Made by a program: the position numbers and the translations under genes. This document shows, piece after piece, positions 37,084-49,572 of a DNA stretch of 64,000 nucleotides. The notes under the pieces are model-generated. The model had not been told where the DNA came from. It searched no databases and was given only the letters and a program-made list of their open reading frames with translations. Within the stretch, counting starts at the first letter, position 1; the number at the start of each line of letters is the position of its first letter. The stretch is from Takakia lepidozioides (lineage: Eukaryota; Plantae; Bryophyta): positions 13,392,001-13,456,000 of the forward strand of contig CM060731.1 in the NCBI GenBank assembly GCA_030704615.1, in the 5' to 3' direction.

Positions 37084-37879
37084 TAGTTCATGCGTCTCAT
37101 TGCCGCACGGACAATTGGCAAGTCTTCGTTCTTAACGTCCATGATCTTCGAGTTGACACAAACGTGTCACTCAAAATCAACGGGGTGTTGCTTGTTGATT
37201 ACCTCCATCCATGCCAGCCATCTATGGTTGCCATCGAATATGTACAGCCATTTGTTCGAGAGGAACTCCCATTCCGTTCCTGCAATTTGCTCTTCAAATC
37301 GCGCATCAACAAGTTACCATTGATGGCCCCATTGTGCTTTGTCGGAATCTGTGATGGAGATCTCTCTCCCGGACCCGTCGTTTGTGGCCAAAAGGAAGGA
37401 GGCCAATGCATCGTTGTATCCATCCATTTCAAAGTACACCTTCAACCTGTCTATGCCCGGCCTCTCCGCTTTTCGAACCGCGGGCAGTGGTTTCATTCTC
37501 TTGGTGGTTGGCCCTTCCTTAAGAGTTTGGAGATGGAGGAGTATGTGTGATTCAAGGCACTTGAGGACATCAGCTCGATCGCCTTTCGCCGCCGATCCGT
37601 TGTGATCACAACATCCGTGGCTGCAGGGTCTGTCGAGACCTCAGGCTGGTCATCGATTCCACCGGGCTCTCCTTGACTTCCACCGTGCGAGCTTCCAGCT
37701 CCAGGGGAAGGAAGAGCATTGACGCTCATGGGACTTGCGTTCCCAGACCGTGGAGGAGTAATGGCGCCTCTATCGAGCCCGAGTGATTCACTGCCAGCCC
37801 CTCCTCCACTACGACCTTGCGTCCACGGATGACCGCCCTCTTCCTTGGCTACTTCCTTGAGATGTCGTGACTCTGCCAC
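37084..37879 (-). pseudogene. Second, diverged ParB/Srx-like gene fragment
   Basis: DKAQWGHQW*LVDARFEEQIAGTEWEFLSNKWLYIFDGNHRWLAWMEVINKQHPVDFE*HVCV..AAMRRMN|gtaag aligns with 31404-31850, including the intron position. Confidence 0.85.
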
Positions 37880-40800
37880 TGCGAAGAAACCGCCCTACAG
37901 CTTCTGAGACCTGTGCATTAGGATCTATTTCTTCGGAATGATCATGCGAATGCAGCGATTGCTCCATCCTCTCCGAAGTTGTGTAAGGGCAAATGCTGAC
38001 CAGGATAAATGAATGGAACTTTGGAACAGAGTAGCGTTCGGGGGCCTCCACAGGAAGTGCAGGTTGTGACGAGGACGATGCAAGGGGGAAGAAGTAAGGT
38101 AGGTTGTGAAGGCACCTCCTCTCTATCTCGAGGCGGTGTGAGGGGGAAGAGTAGCCTCCAATGGGTCCCTACTTGGCGCCGACGCGGCATTCTGCATCAC
38201 GTTTGCAGTCAAATTTGAAATGCCATTCTGATGAAGGCAAGTGTCGACAAGCCATTATTTCAACGAATGCAAATTGGGGGGAATGTACCTTCCAAGGGGT
38301 ACAAAGCGCGGTGCGACGCAACTTTCCGCATCGCCATCCTAATTCAAATTCCAAAACCAAATACGATCGCGGCAAGTGCCGAACGGCAGTAGGTCCAACG
38401 CAATGGAGCCCTCTGCCCTCTCAGCTCACGTGAGACAAAAATACTTACATCCCCAACACGATTTTTCTTCATGCACCAATGAGAAATTGCGAATGTTTTC
38501 ATCCGCAATGACATCGACATCCTTGACGCTGTCCGAGAGTTTCGCGTTCTTACGACCGCTTTCAGTGCACTCCAAAATCCAACCCCCCCTGCCTACACTT
38601 TGAGAAGGGGAGTGAAACCAGACCATGTCCCCGTCATCCTTCTCCAGCAGAGAACTACCGAACCGGGTTTAGGGTGCGAAACATGTGAAGGCCTGAATAA
38701 TTCAAATCGGCACCGATTTCCATGGAAGGAAAGTATTGTGTCCCTAGCAGGCAAACTTCCCTACCTCAACCGTGTTAGAATCAGCGCTGATTATGTGCGT
38801 CCAGCGAGTTGATTAATTCTTATTGTTGCCAGTTTAGGGTGTCGGACAGTGTTTAAAGGGGAGTCCTCCCACATTTCATTGGTGCTGGTGCATAGAATCG
38901 GCGCCGATTACATGGTTGCAGTGACAACATTCTTTGCAATTGGTCAAGACTTGCATCTGCAACACTGTTAAACGAATGCTCAATTCCACTGCTCGCCTTG
39001 AGAAAAAACGTGTCAGCAAACATACTTCGTATGCATGATCTGGCATCAACAAATTTTTGGTTTCCCCCTAGCTGTGTGTAATGGGACTTGAAGCTCGTAC
39101 ATTCGGCGTCGATTTGCTTTAGCGACAGTCTTCATACAAAAATCTGACCAAATGGAAGATTTTTCTTACATATAATCGTCGCCGATTATATGTTAATGCA
39201 GGCAACAATCGTCGTGCAGGTTATCGCATGCCGGCCACATGGAACGACTAAATCGGCGCCGACTACACAATGCGTTCCTTGCTTGTACTGCGTAGTGCGC
39301 AATCGCAGAGGGGATGGAGGATGTAATATGAGACTAAACTGTACTCCCACCACAATCACTCAGATTTCATTGATCTTATGGGAACAATTATTCGAATTGA
39401 GAAAATCAAATTGTACCCCGGGATTGCATCGCTCTTAAATATCTTCAATGTGGCACATGTCCAGTGGAGATGAGGAAGTGTTTGTTGTAACTTGTTGTTT
39501 TCACAAAATCGAGGTAAAAAACAATCCATCCCAAATCCACCCCCAAACAAAATGACGAGTTCTCCATTGTCAGAATCAAGGTTAAAATTGGACATAAATG
39601 AGGGCCCAATGGGTATATTTATTCATCCACATGAATTACATAAGAAGCACTTCTACTGCGCTGTTGGTACATGGGAATGGTCAGCCTTATGCCTTGTGGA
39701 GTTAAGTCATGAAGGAGTAGGAACTTCCACTGCTTTGAAGACGAGGTCATGAGTCATGGGGCTCCTTCAGGTAAACTTGATAAAGGCCGTTCTCACGCCT
39801 CTGTTCAAGTGGACGACAATGTCCTGCCCTTCAATCGAACCACCATGGAATATGGAAAGCTTCACTGTTGGCGGGCTGTTTCCGTGATCCATGTGAATAC
39901 GAATATCCCCATTCACAGGATAAGATGTGCGGACTTGTTCAGGAGTGTACGTCACAGAGATGGAGTCCTCCCAGGTCCACTGGCAGCAGTTCTAGCGCCA
40001 AAGCATGGCCGTGCGTAATCTCTCCTCCTGCCGGTCTCTTTAAGGGGAAATATCTAAGTCAAGGACGTGCAGGAGCCACGGATTCGGTAGACCGCCACTG
40101 TCGCCCCGCTCGAAAGCGTAGTAGCCTGGCAGATACTCTAAAGCTGTCAATGATTCCCCCCGCTCCCCTAAATCGTGATTGGAAACTATCATCCAGATAA
40201 CGATGTCCCCCGCTGACGGCGTAAACCTTTCAAAGTCGACGCCTCCATAAGGGCAGTCCTCACCGTCCCGGAAACACGACATCCTTGCAAAGTACAGAAC
40301 AAAGTCTCTGCATGAAGAGTTAGTCGAAGTTGAGGAGCCACTGTATCGTGGATGAGAATGACGTTGCACATGTCAACGGAGAAGACAGTTCAATCCTGGA
40401 GTGATGAGAAGCGGATGAGGACGGGTGCTCCAATAATGGAGGCACTGCAACATGGGTGCCACGTGTCCGTGTTGGGTGATACGTGACCGTCTTACATCCC
40501 TCAACTGTTTCATCTTGCTCCCGCTTGATGAAAACACACGGCCGATTTTCCGCCGGCTTTCCAAGGTGGACAATATTTTCCTCTAGTTTTGCGACAAATC
40601 ATATTTGGGCACATCCTGTTCTCGCCCTGGCTCCCTTGAAATCGGCGCCGATTTGCCTCAGAGACAGTGTGGTAACGTACTGTAGAGTTCCTTCAGGCAT
40701 ACTACAAATGTTAATCGAAATAGAATTCGGCGCCGATTTACTTCAGGGGCACTCATGAAATAGTAGAACTACAATTGCAATGGAGCCAGTTTGTGCAAGT

Positions 40801-40959
40801 GACAGTGTTCAGCTCTAAAGCGGAGTTCCTTCGGAGGGGTTGAAAATGTTAATCCTATATAATTCGGCGCCGATTTACTTCATGGGCCCTACTGCAAGAT
40901 TAACTCTGAAATTGAAATGGTATGCTGAATATAATCGGCGAGTCTGCGGAATATACACC

Positions 40960-41385
40960 TTCCAGGGATACAAAAGGGAGAAAGCTCTTCTTAAATGTCT
41001 GGCCCAATGTCAGAAGACAATTGAAACAAACTGGGCGGGTCCTCAGACTATGTCTTCTTTTAACTTGGCAAAATGTAACATCGCTGACCTCCTTAGAGTC
41101 AAAGAGGATTCCCTTCGTAGGAAAACAGGCATCAACTGGTCTTTAAAAGGCGAAAAGATGTCGCGTTACTTCAACCTGAAGGCTAAGCAACGTCGAGATG
41201 CCACCACGATCAGCTCCTTCACTGGCCTCGGAGATGAAACATATTCTGACCCAAAATCCATGACCTCTTTTGTAGCCTCTTATTTCTCAGACCTGTTTAG
41301 CAAGCCTGTATCTAACTTGCAGCATTCGATCTCAAAGCAAGCAGTTTTGGATTCATTTCCTTCACTGGTCTCAGCAGAGGAAATG
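40960..41385 (+). mobile_element. L1-type LINE ORF2 fragment (EN-RT linker)
   Basis: INWSLKGEKMSRYF..TISSF..YFSDLFS pattern; boundaries approximate. Confidence 0.65.
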
Positions 41386-41389
41386 ATGA

Positions 41390-41955
41390 ATAAAGGGGGG
41401 GAGTTGGAAAACAGTTGGGTAATGTTCGACAATGTGAAGAGAATCCACGGGTGGAGCACAATGGCTTGCCATGTCTACCATCCGTCCTACCAGGAGCTAA
41501 TGACCATCGCAATCTGCCAAATGAAGTCCAAGGACACACAGTCGCAGGTCCTCATGTGGGACTGCATAAAGGAGCAGATGAAGAGGGCGGGCAAGAGGCC
41601 TCCACATTTTAGGGGCTTCATGGCTAACAATGCGAACGCCAACTGGGCGGCAGTGCGCAATGTCTTCGGAGATGGGTCTCTAATGGAAGGTAGAGAGAGG
41701 TCTTGTGGTTTTCATTGGGGGCAAAGCCTCTCGTCGTACACCAAAAAGTACATTCAAGAGGGACTGCAATCCGCTCATCTGTCCCTGGCTGGAGGACGGC
41801 AAAAAGCGAGCAGGAAGCGGAGATGGCCTTCATGATAATAAGATCATGGTGGTCATCCTCGGGTGCTGCCAAACTGGCTGATATTCCCGCGTTGGAGAGC
41901 TGGCTGTCGTGGTGGACATACCGCTACAAACAGTTGGGGTCCTTTGTAAGGGCGG
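41390..41955 (+). pseudogene. Core fragment of a paralogous Mutator-like transposase
   Basis: NSWVMFDNVKRI..FRGFMANNANANW..ERSCGFHW..WLSWWTYR|gtaag aligns with 23651-24215; second Asp is Asn; frameshift near 41780. Confidence 0.88.
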
Positions 41956-42344
41956 TAAGAGTACTTGCAAACATTCATGACCTAGTTATGGACCTTTTGC
42001 TCACATGAGCGGACAAATTTTCTCCTTGACAGATGGTGCATGTAAGGAAGGATCAGTGCCGCATTAGTAAACTTAGACTTTCATTTGCAAGTTTCATTTT
42101 TTTCTAGCCCTTCACGATGAAACGTCCAGATTTTATTTGGCCTTTCTTTTGAAGTGCCCTAAACTTTTTGTCCTTCATATAGAGCATTTTTGCAAGTTGA
42201 AGGACGTTGCAGTCTTAAAAAATAGATAACCCAAACTTCAAAATCTAATGTATTAAAAATACTAATGAAAAAATAGTTACAATTATTAGGGTAGAACATA
42301 GAAGAGTGCTTTTAGGATACTTTTTTTGGATATATATTTTTAAA

Positions 42345-42557
42345 TAAAGGAAACCTGGGAGCGACAGCCCACAATTTAGGCCCTAGAGGAGGGGGGAAAA
42401 ATTAGCCCCCTTTCATTTATGGGCCATGAGGTCTACAGGACGATCAACGCCCAGACTACCGTCATGAACAATCCCACACACGGGGCAGGGCAGCGGGTTT
42501 GAACCCCAAACCACCAGGGCGACACACCGTGCACTTACCAGCTGAGCTACTAGCCGA
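42345..42557 (-). mobile_element. tRNA-derived SINE-like element
   Basis: Box A TAGCTCAGCTGG and box B GGTTCAAACCC at tRNA-like spacing; no convincing cloverleaf; TSD not found. Confidence 0.6.
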
Positions 42558-43789
42558 TGTGATGTGCAGATATTTTCTATTGTCGATAATGCATAAAATG
42601 CAAGTGTCCATTCAAATCTCAGAAAATGGCCCGAATGCATCATAAATTATGAAGTTATAAATATGCATGCCCCTTCAGAACGTTATGACTGGAAATGAAA
42701 GGAAGTTAGGGTCGAGTGAACGCAATAATGGGGTATTATCCGGATTTTAACCTCCGATTTTAAATGCCGGATATATGGTTCATAACCAGCTTCTTTTCAA
42801 CTACTGGTCTGGACATATTATTGGTACAAAATCTCTCACTATCCTCATCCCCACCTATTGGTCCACACCCTTCTCTTACAATCTTCATGCACACACATAG
42901 ACACTAGCCCCTAGCATTGCGAGCTCTCGGCTTAGTGTAAATCAATCAAATGAAATAATTTCAAAGCAAATAAAGGAGGGGGTGGTGGTGGATCACCCTT
43001 ACATCAGATGGTGGAGCTCGGTGTGCTCTATTAGCTCGGTAGAATGGTGCTCAAGGTGGCCCTTTCCCTAGGTGCTCTTCATACCTTGACCATCTCCGGC
43101 CTCCCTACTCGTCCTCAAGTCTCCCCTCTAAATGGTGTCCTCACTATGCTTCCCTCAAGGGCCTGAAGGCCTAGAGCTTGGACTTCCTAAGCTCCTCAAA
43201 AACTAACTAAGGAGCTTCAAGCTCCACTCCCTAGGATCTAGCCCTTTGTAGATGCATATATTGGTACAACTTTCTTTTCAGATCGTGTTTTATCATAAGA
43301 CAAGGGGTTTCGGCATTGTACTGCCAAAAAAAGGATAGTTTGTTAGTTATCTGGAAATCGTTGGTAAAGCACGTAGGAAATTAGGCAGTGACTGTGACGA
43401 CCATGGAGAATAGCTCTGGCGTCAAGATGACCATAGGAAGCTGCATCGACAGCAGATTAGGCTGCCAAATTCGGTACCAGTAACAGTAAGCTAATCATGT
43501 TCGAATAATACATGACGACTGTTCCAGTTCCAGATTGCGATCTCTCTTTTCTCCTGCCTCTCAAGTCTAGTAGGAACACACGGCGAGAAGCTTGGCAATT
43601 GGAAGAAACAACATGTACAACGATGAAATATCGCAAGCAAACGGCTGTATCGGAACGACAGCAAGTCAGGACGACTTCAAACGGCGAAGCGGTGACTTGT
43701 TAGCGGTGCAGGACAACTGGAGGGGACTCCGGACAACCTATGACTCAGTGGCAGGGTCAAAGACCCCAGAGCCACCACCACGGATTTGA

Positions 43790-46700
43790 TTTCCAAAATA
43801 CAACAAGAGCTTTATATAGCTAAATTACGACGAACGGCGAAATGTGTGACCTTTTACCACCGATGGACCTGAGAACTTACAGGTTGATACGGGGTATATA
43901 ATTGTAGTTTGTCACCAAGTTTGATGATTTATATAGCAGATTAGCAATGGCACCAAATTATTGAGTCGATGGCACTCACGGGAGCCGATTATTTGAGTTT
44001 TTACTTCATGGATGGATGAAAAATCCTAAAATTCGCCTTGAGGAGCTGGATGGATGAAATGACAACTCGTGCCAATTGGTCATCCATATGGATGGATGAA
44101 AAACCAGTTTTCATTGGCCTCTAAGACTTTTCATCCATGTTGAATATTATACTATAGATCCTCCAAGATACAATAGTTTAATGAATAGTTTTCATTAGTT
44201 TATTAGGCTCAAAAAAACAAAAAAAACAAATATATATATATATATATATATATAACGTCTCCCGGAGGAAGCGTAACTTATGGAGTCACTTCACCCTGAA
44301 GGGCTACTACCTTCCGCTAGGAAGATGGACACCTTTATGACACACTAGATCATGGTTTGAACCCACAACCACATCCAACGTGGTATGTGCCTATTACCAC
44401 AAGGCTACATGCTGGTTGCCGGCTCAAAAACAGTATAAAAGAGGAGCAAAGCTTCCGTTGCTCTTCACCTAGTTCCATTGCATAGTTTTGCTCTTGCTTC
44501 ATGTGTTGTTGCTTTGTTAGAATTGCTTGAGGAGGCCGAGGTCCTAGGGAGTGGAGCTTGAAGCTCCCTAGGATAGGAAAATTGTTAGAGGACTAAGGCA
44601 AGAAGCCTAGTTCATTGTGGCCTTGAGGCCTTGTTGAATTTGAGCAAGAAGGTTGTGCAATTCCGTGTGGAGAGGGAGACTTGGAGACAAGTAGGAAAGG
44701 CTGGTTGGACCTAGTGACGAGTACCGCATAGAGTACCATTCACGAGTCGTTAGAGCATCACAGGCTCCGCGCACATTGGAAGGTTGACACATTTCCTTAC
44801 TTGTCATTTATGCACTTGAAGTGTGATTTCTTTTCCAAGCCATGACTTGAAGTTTGAAAATAGATTAACAAAATAGCCCTATGGAAGAGGTGATGTTCAT
44901 TATGTGTTTGCTATGATTTAAGTTTACATTTGATGTGGGAGAACCCCATGACATGATTTGCCAAAAGGCTTTGGCACCATTGGAAGTGGAAAGAAGCATT
45001 GGGTACTTGTTTATTTTTATTTATTGAGGAAAAGGAGTTGATTTATAGCTCTGAGAAGTTATAACCAGAAGCTAGACTACTTATTGAAAGGCCTAGGAAG
45101 GCCCTGATAACCTTCTCTAGTACCCCACTAATGGACCTTGAATACAAGGAAAGGTGGGGAAGGGTTTGTATTTATTTTTTGGGCCCTGGTTTTTTGGAGT
45201 GTAGGAGCTGCCCACGGGTCGCCAGCAGTACGGGGAAGCCCCCACTAGTGCGCCTGGGAGCCAGGGACCCAACGGAGGAAACGCGGGAGGCAGCCGTGAC
45301 CCCACGCCTCGGCGCTGAGGAGGCAGGGCGCTGACCCTAGTCGTATGAACACAAGAGGACGGCCTGCATGGCCAACACGCGAGGCGAAACAGCCGCGTGC
45401 CAAAGTCGCATTATTACCCGTTGGGTAAAGCCCCGGCCCGAGGACCGGCGGTCTCTGTCGTTATCCGCAACGGTCCGCGCTATTATCCGGCTCGCAAGGC
45501 CCTGCGCCCCGCCACGAGGCGGGGGCGCCTTTGACCCGCGGTTACAGCGGAGTGCATTTGTTTAAAGGGGGTATTCTGGACCCTCAACTATTTCTTTCTT
45601 TGTTGACCCTTCTAAAAAGAAAAGGGGCTGATTCGGGTGATCTATTGGTGAGAAAATTGCATGCTTTGGAGAGAAGAAGGCCGTTGGGAAGGTCAATCAG
45701 ATAAGCCCAGGGAGAGCCGAAGGAGACTCTATAAGCGAGAGTTAAAGGAATAAGTAGCTAGAGACAGGAGCGAACCAAAAGTACTCTGTCCGTGTTTTAC
45801 GGCTACAGCAACCCCATGTGTCAGAGCCAGGGGTAGAAGACGACGCTTTCCACGAGGGGAAAGCGCTGGTGGTTTATTTTAATATAGGGGGGGTTGAAAC
45901 TAGGCTTGGGCCCACTCCTGGAATGTCTTAGGAAGGGCGACAGGCCCGTTTTGCAACTAACGAATGTGCAGCAGAGTCTGACCCGACGACTTCCGTTCAT
46001 CCGCGGAAGAGGCGGCAGTTCCCCGCGAAGGGGGGACGGATTCCGGGCGTTCCCAGGGTCAGCTGGCCGCCAGATCCCCCGCACGCGTAACGGCATATCT
46101 TTGCCCTAACCTAGTGAGTTCCCATGGGGTTCCCACGCCCCATTGGGAGTGGTTTTTGCACCTCTGGAGACTCCTCCTGCGCCTATATTTGGGAGGTATT
46201 TTCTAGAATATTGTTTTTTAATCAATTCTTGCTATTTTGGAGGAGGGAAATTCCTTAATTAGGATTGTCACCCTTGTTTGAACTTTTTAGAATAGGAACA
46301 CTGGAGAAGTGTAGTTGGAAACTTATTGAACTTTTCAGCTTATTTGTTTGACATTGCTTAGTGACTCTTATCCTTGAAGTTAAGAGAGAACTTGGGAGGG
46401 AAAAAAAAGATGATTGGCCCCTTCCCGCGGGTGATTTGAACTCAAGCACTGAGGGAAGAAGGGGCAGTGGGAGAAGGAAGAGAGTTCCTTTCCTCCCTAG
46501 GTTCGGAAGGTGTTTTGTGAAGGGATGAAGTGATATCCCGGCTATAAGCGGCTCGGGGACCTAGGCAGTATGACGTAGTAATAAACAAAGACTTGGAAGG
46601 CAGGTACTTGATAGAATGTAGAAATTCCATAGGACTTAGAAAACGCAAACTTGCCCTGTGAAGTAGAGTCGCTCAACCCTGCTTTGCCGGTAGAAATTAG

Positions 46701-47395
46701 AAATCGTCGATCATCCCAGTAACATTCCACGGACCCCCTGCACTAACCGTAGTCGGGTAGGCGGTTCATCGAGCCCAACCTACACCGCAACTTACCCCGA
46801 CCCCATTAAACTAGTATGTCGTCACCCCGGCCGCCCGCGACCAGGGTTCGTCACCCTCCTCAAGCCAAAAACTAGCAAGCACTACAACAACAAGCAAGAA
46901 GAAACTAAACAAATGAGCTAGATGAAGAACAACGAGGGCGTTGCTCTTCATTTATAGTTTCTTAGCCAAATAAACTAATGAGAAATAATCATTAAACTAT
47001 TATATCCTTGGAGGATCTATAGTTTAATATTCAAGATGGATGGAAAGTCTTAGAGGCTAATGAAAACTATTTTTTCACCCATCCTTATGGATGACCAATT
47101 GGCGCGAGTTGTCGTTTCATCCATCCAACTCCTCAGGGCGAATTTAGGATTTTTCATCCATCCATGAAGCAAAACCTCAATTAAACGGCTCCTGTGAGTA
47201 TCGTCGACTTGATAATTTGGTGCTGCCACTAATCTCCTCCATAAATCACCAAACTTGGTGAAAATTTATAATTGCACACCCTGTAGATGTCCGCAAAATT
47301 TCAGGGTGATTAGGGGTGACTAGAATTTTCCATCGCCGATTTTCGTCATTTCGTCATTTCGAAAGTTGTTCCTTTTTGGAAAATAAATAAGTGGG
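43790..47395. repeat. Long diverged inverted repeat (about 43790-44535 vs 46856-47395)
   Basis: For example tggatggatgaaaaatcctaaa vs tttaggatttttcatccatcca and ctatagatcctccaag vs cttggaggatctatag; a related inverted piece lies at about 43100-43240 vs 44540-44690. Confidence 0.8.
44216..44420 (-). mobile_element. tRNA-derived SINE-like element with (TA)n tail
   Basis: TSD GGCTCAAAAA (44206-44215, 44421-44430); box A-like TAGCCTTGTGG, box B GGTTCAAACC; (TA)n at about 44230-44253. Confidence 0.75.
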
Positions 47396-49199
47396 CAGTT
47401 GCAGGATTGGGTGGATCTAAAGCGGCACATGTTGAGTCCACTGGAAGTCCATGGATTTATTTTATTTTATTTTTGTTGAGTCTATTGCTTTTAATTTATT
47501 TTTAAAAAATAGATAGTAGTATACATAACATTGTTAGTAAAGAGTCCCTCCTCAAATATTGAAAACATTCTTTACTAGATATTTTAATCTTTAATTTGAA
47601 AAAATATTTAGACATCAAAATCTAGAGTTTACATCCACTTGTTCATATACCACCTGGCACCTCTAGATTATAGGTTTGTATGCCTTTTTAATAACAGACG
47701 ACACCTCAAAAACCCAAAACATAATATGCTATGGACTAGAGCAAATCAACCTGTTTTTATGTACAAAATAGTCCATAGCTCTCAATTCCTAAGATAACTA
47801 GTCAATATAAAAATGGATTTGGGTTGGATTTAAAAATGACACCCCTAGTGTGTTTTCCTTTGTGCCAATGTATGAGTGTACATGATGTTTTTTCAGTCCA
47901 TAAGATTTTATGTGTAACATCTGCACTCCACAGTAATCAGCTTTAAAAGTCCATGGCTCTCTGGCACATGATTGTTTTTTGCAATCTAACGATTGATACA
48001 CATACCTATTGTAGTTAGAAACCCTATACAATATAAATGTAGATGAAATATTGAGTTGTTGGACAAATATGGGTAAAACCATGGAGGGAGGTCACTGCAG
48101 AAACTATCATGTTACACAAAAACTGAGACACCCAATCCTGCAAATACCCAACTATTGGTGGCCCTGGGTGTCTTTGGCCTTGCCACTGGGTTCTAACCTT
48201 TCCGAAGTCTTCTCCTACACGCTTCGCACCGTTGGGGAGTCAAATCTTCACCATGAAGCTTCATGCTCCGCCGTTTGCTCCGATGCAGCAGCTTACTTTG
48301 TCACGATATTTCATCGCTATGCCAAGTATGTCATCCTGTGAGTCTACTGGACTTGAGAAAATGGAGAATAGAAGGATCACAATCTGTATCCAAACGCTCT
48401 CGTGGTTGATTGAAATCGGGTTCCACTCCGTTCGTTGTGGTTTTCCATGGTGGTAGAGGTAGAGAACTGTCGCGCGATCATGCGTAGTTCGAAAAGTGGA
48501 CTTCATCATCGTTCTGGATCTCTAGCCGACTGCCTTAGAGTAATATTACCTCAGCAGTGCCACTTGTCATTGCTCAAAGTGAGGCTTCTTTTATGTATAC
48601 GCAATCAACAACGAAGATGTTGTCCTTTAAAGCTGTGAGGATTATGCCATAGTGAATTACTTCAGGTCAGTTACACCAAAGGAACTCAAGGTATTCGCAT
48701 AATCCGTCTTGGACTATTTCACACCATCATCCTGGATGATTCATTGATGTGTTTCATAACATGCACTCAAATCATCTGGGCTGATAGTGCCACTTGTTTC
48801 TTGGCGGATTGTTCAAGTATCTTAAAATCCCAGTCTTTAATTTGTTTGAAGTCATTCTCCTTGCTTGCATAATCCGATCTCGAACAAATGAGAGCAACAT
48901 CGTGGTGTATTTTTTTGTTTGAATAGCCTTCGTTGTGGAGATTCATTATTGTTTTGAGGAACACAAACTATTAACATTGTGCGATCACGCGTGTTTCGAA
49001 GAGCAGACCTGTTCTGAAGTCCATCATTGCACACCAAAATAGTGTTATGACGAGGCAGAATGTCAGTGTTGGACGGTCAATCTCCAGTGTCATTCTCGTC
49101 GTTTTCATGTGGACGGGGCAACAAAGGAGGAATACTGTCGCAAACAATCTATGCAAACAATCTCAACAATCATATGTACTTCATGTTTCATGTCGATGT

Positions 49200-49572
49200 T
49201 CATGTAGCTGATTTCTATAGGAGTCTTTTTGCTATTCCCATGCCAACAACATCAGGTCCGCTGAGACTGCCATATTTTGAATTCCGTATCAGCCACCACC
49301 AACATGGAAGCATCAGCTGATAACCAAATACCAGCCCGGATTAATGCCTCAAGCCGCTCGCCAACTACTTGTGGGCTAGGGTGTTTCTCTGGAGTCGGAC
49401 AGGGTTGGGATACAATGATTCGATGATGTGGTTATGAGCTGACATGCAACTGATGGTTTTATATTAGTCAATGATGGTGGGCCGTGGCTGATACGAGAGT
49501 TTGAATATGACAGTCTCTAATATTGTTGGCATAGGAACAGCAAAACGACTACTATAGAATTCAGCTACAGGA
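49200..49572. repeat. Imperfect inverted repeat (49200-49305 vs 49470-49572)
   Basis: Both arms translate alike: VADFYRSLFAIPMPT (+) and VAEFYSSRFAVPMPT (-). Confidence 0.8.
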
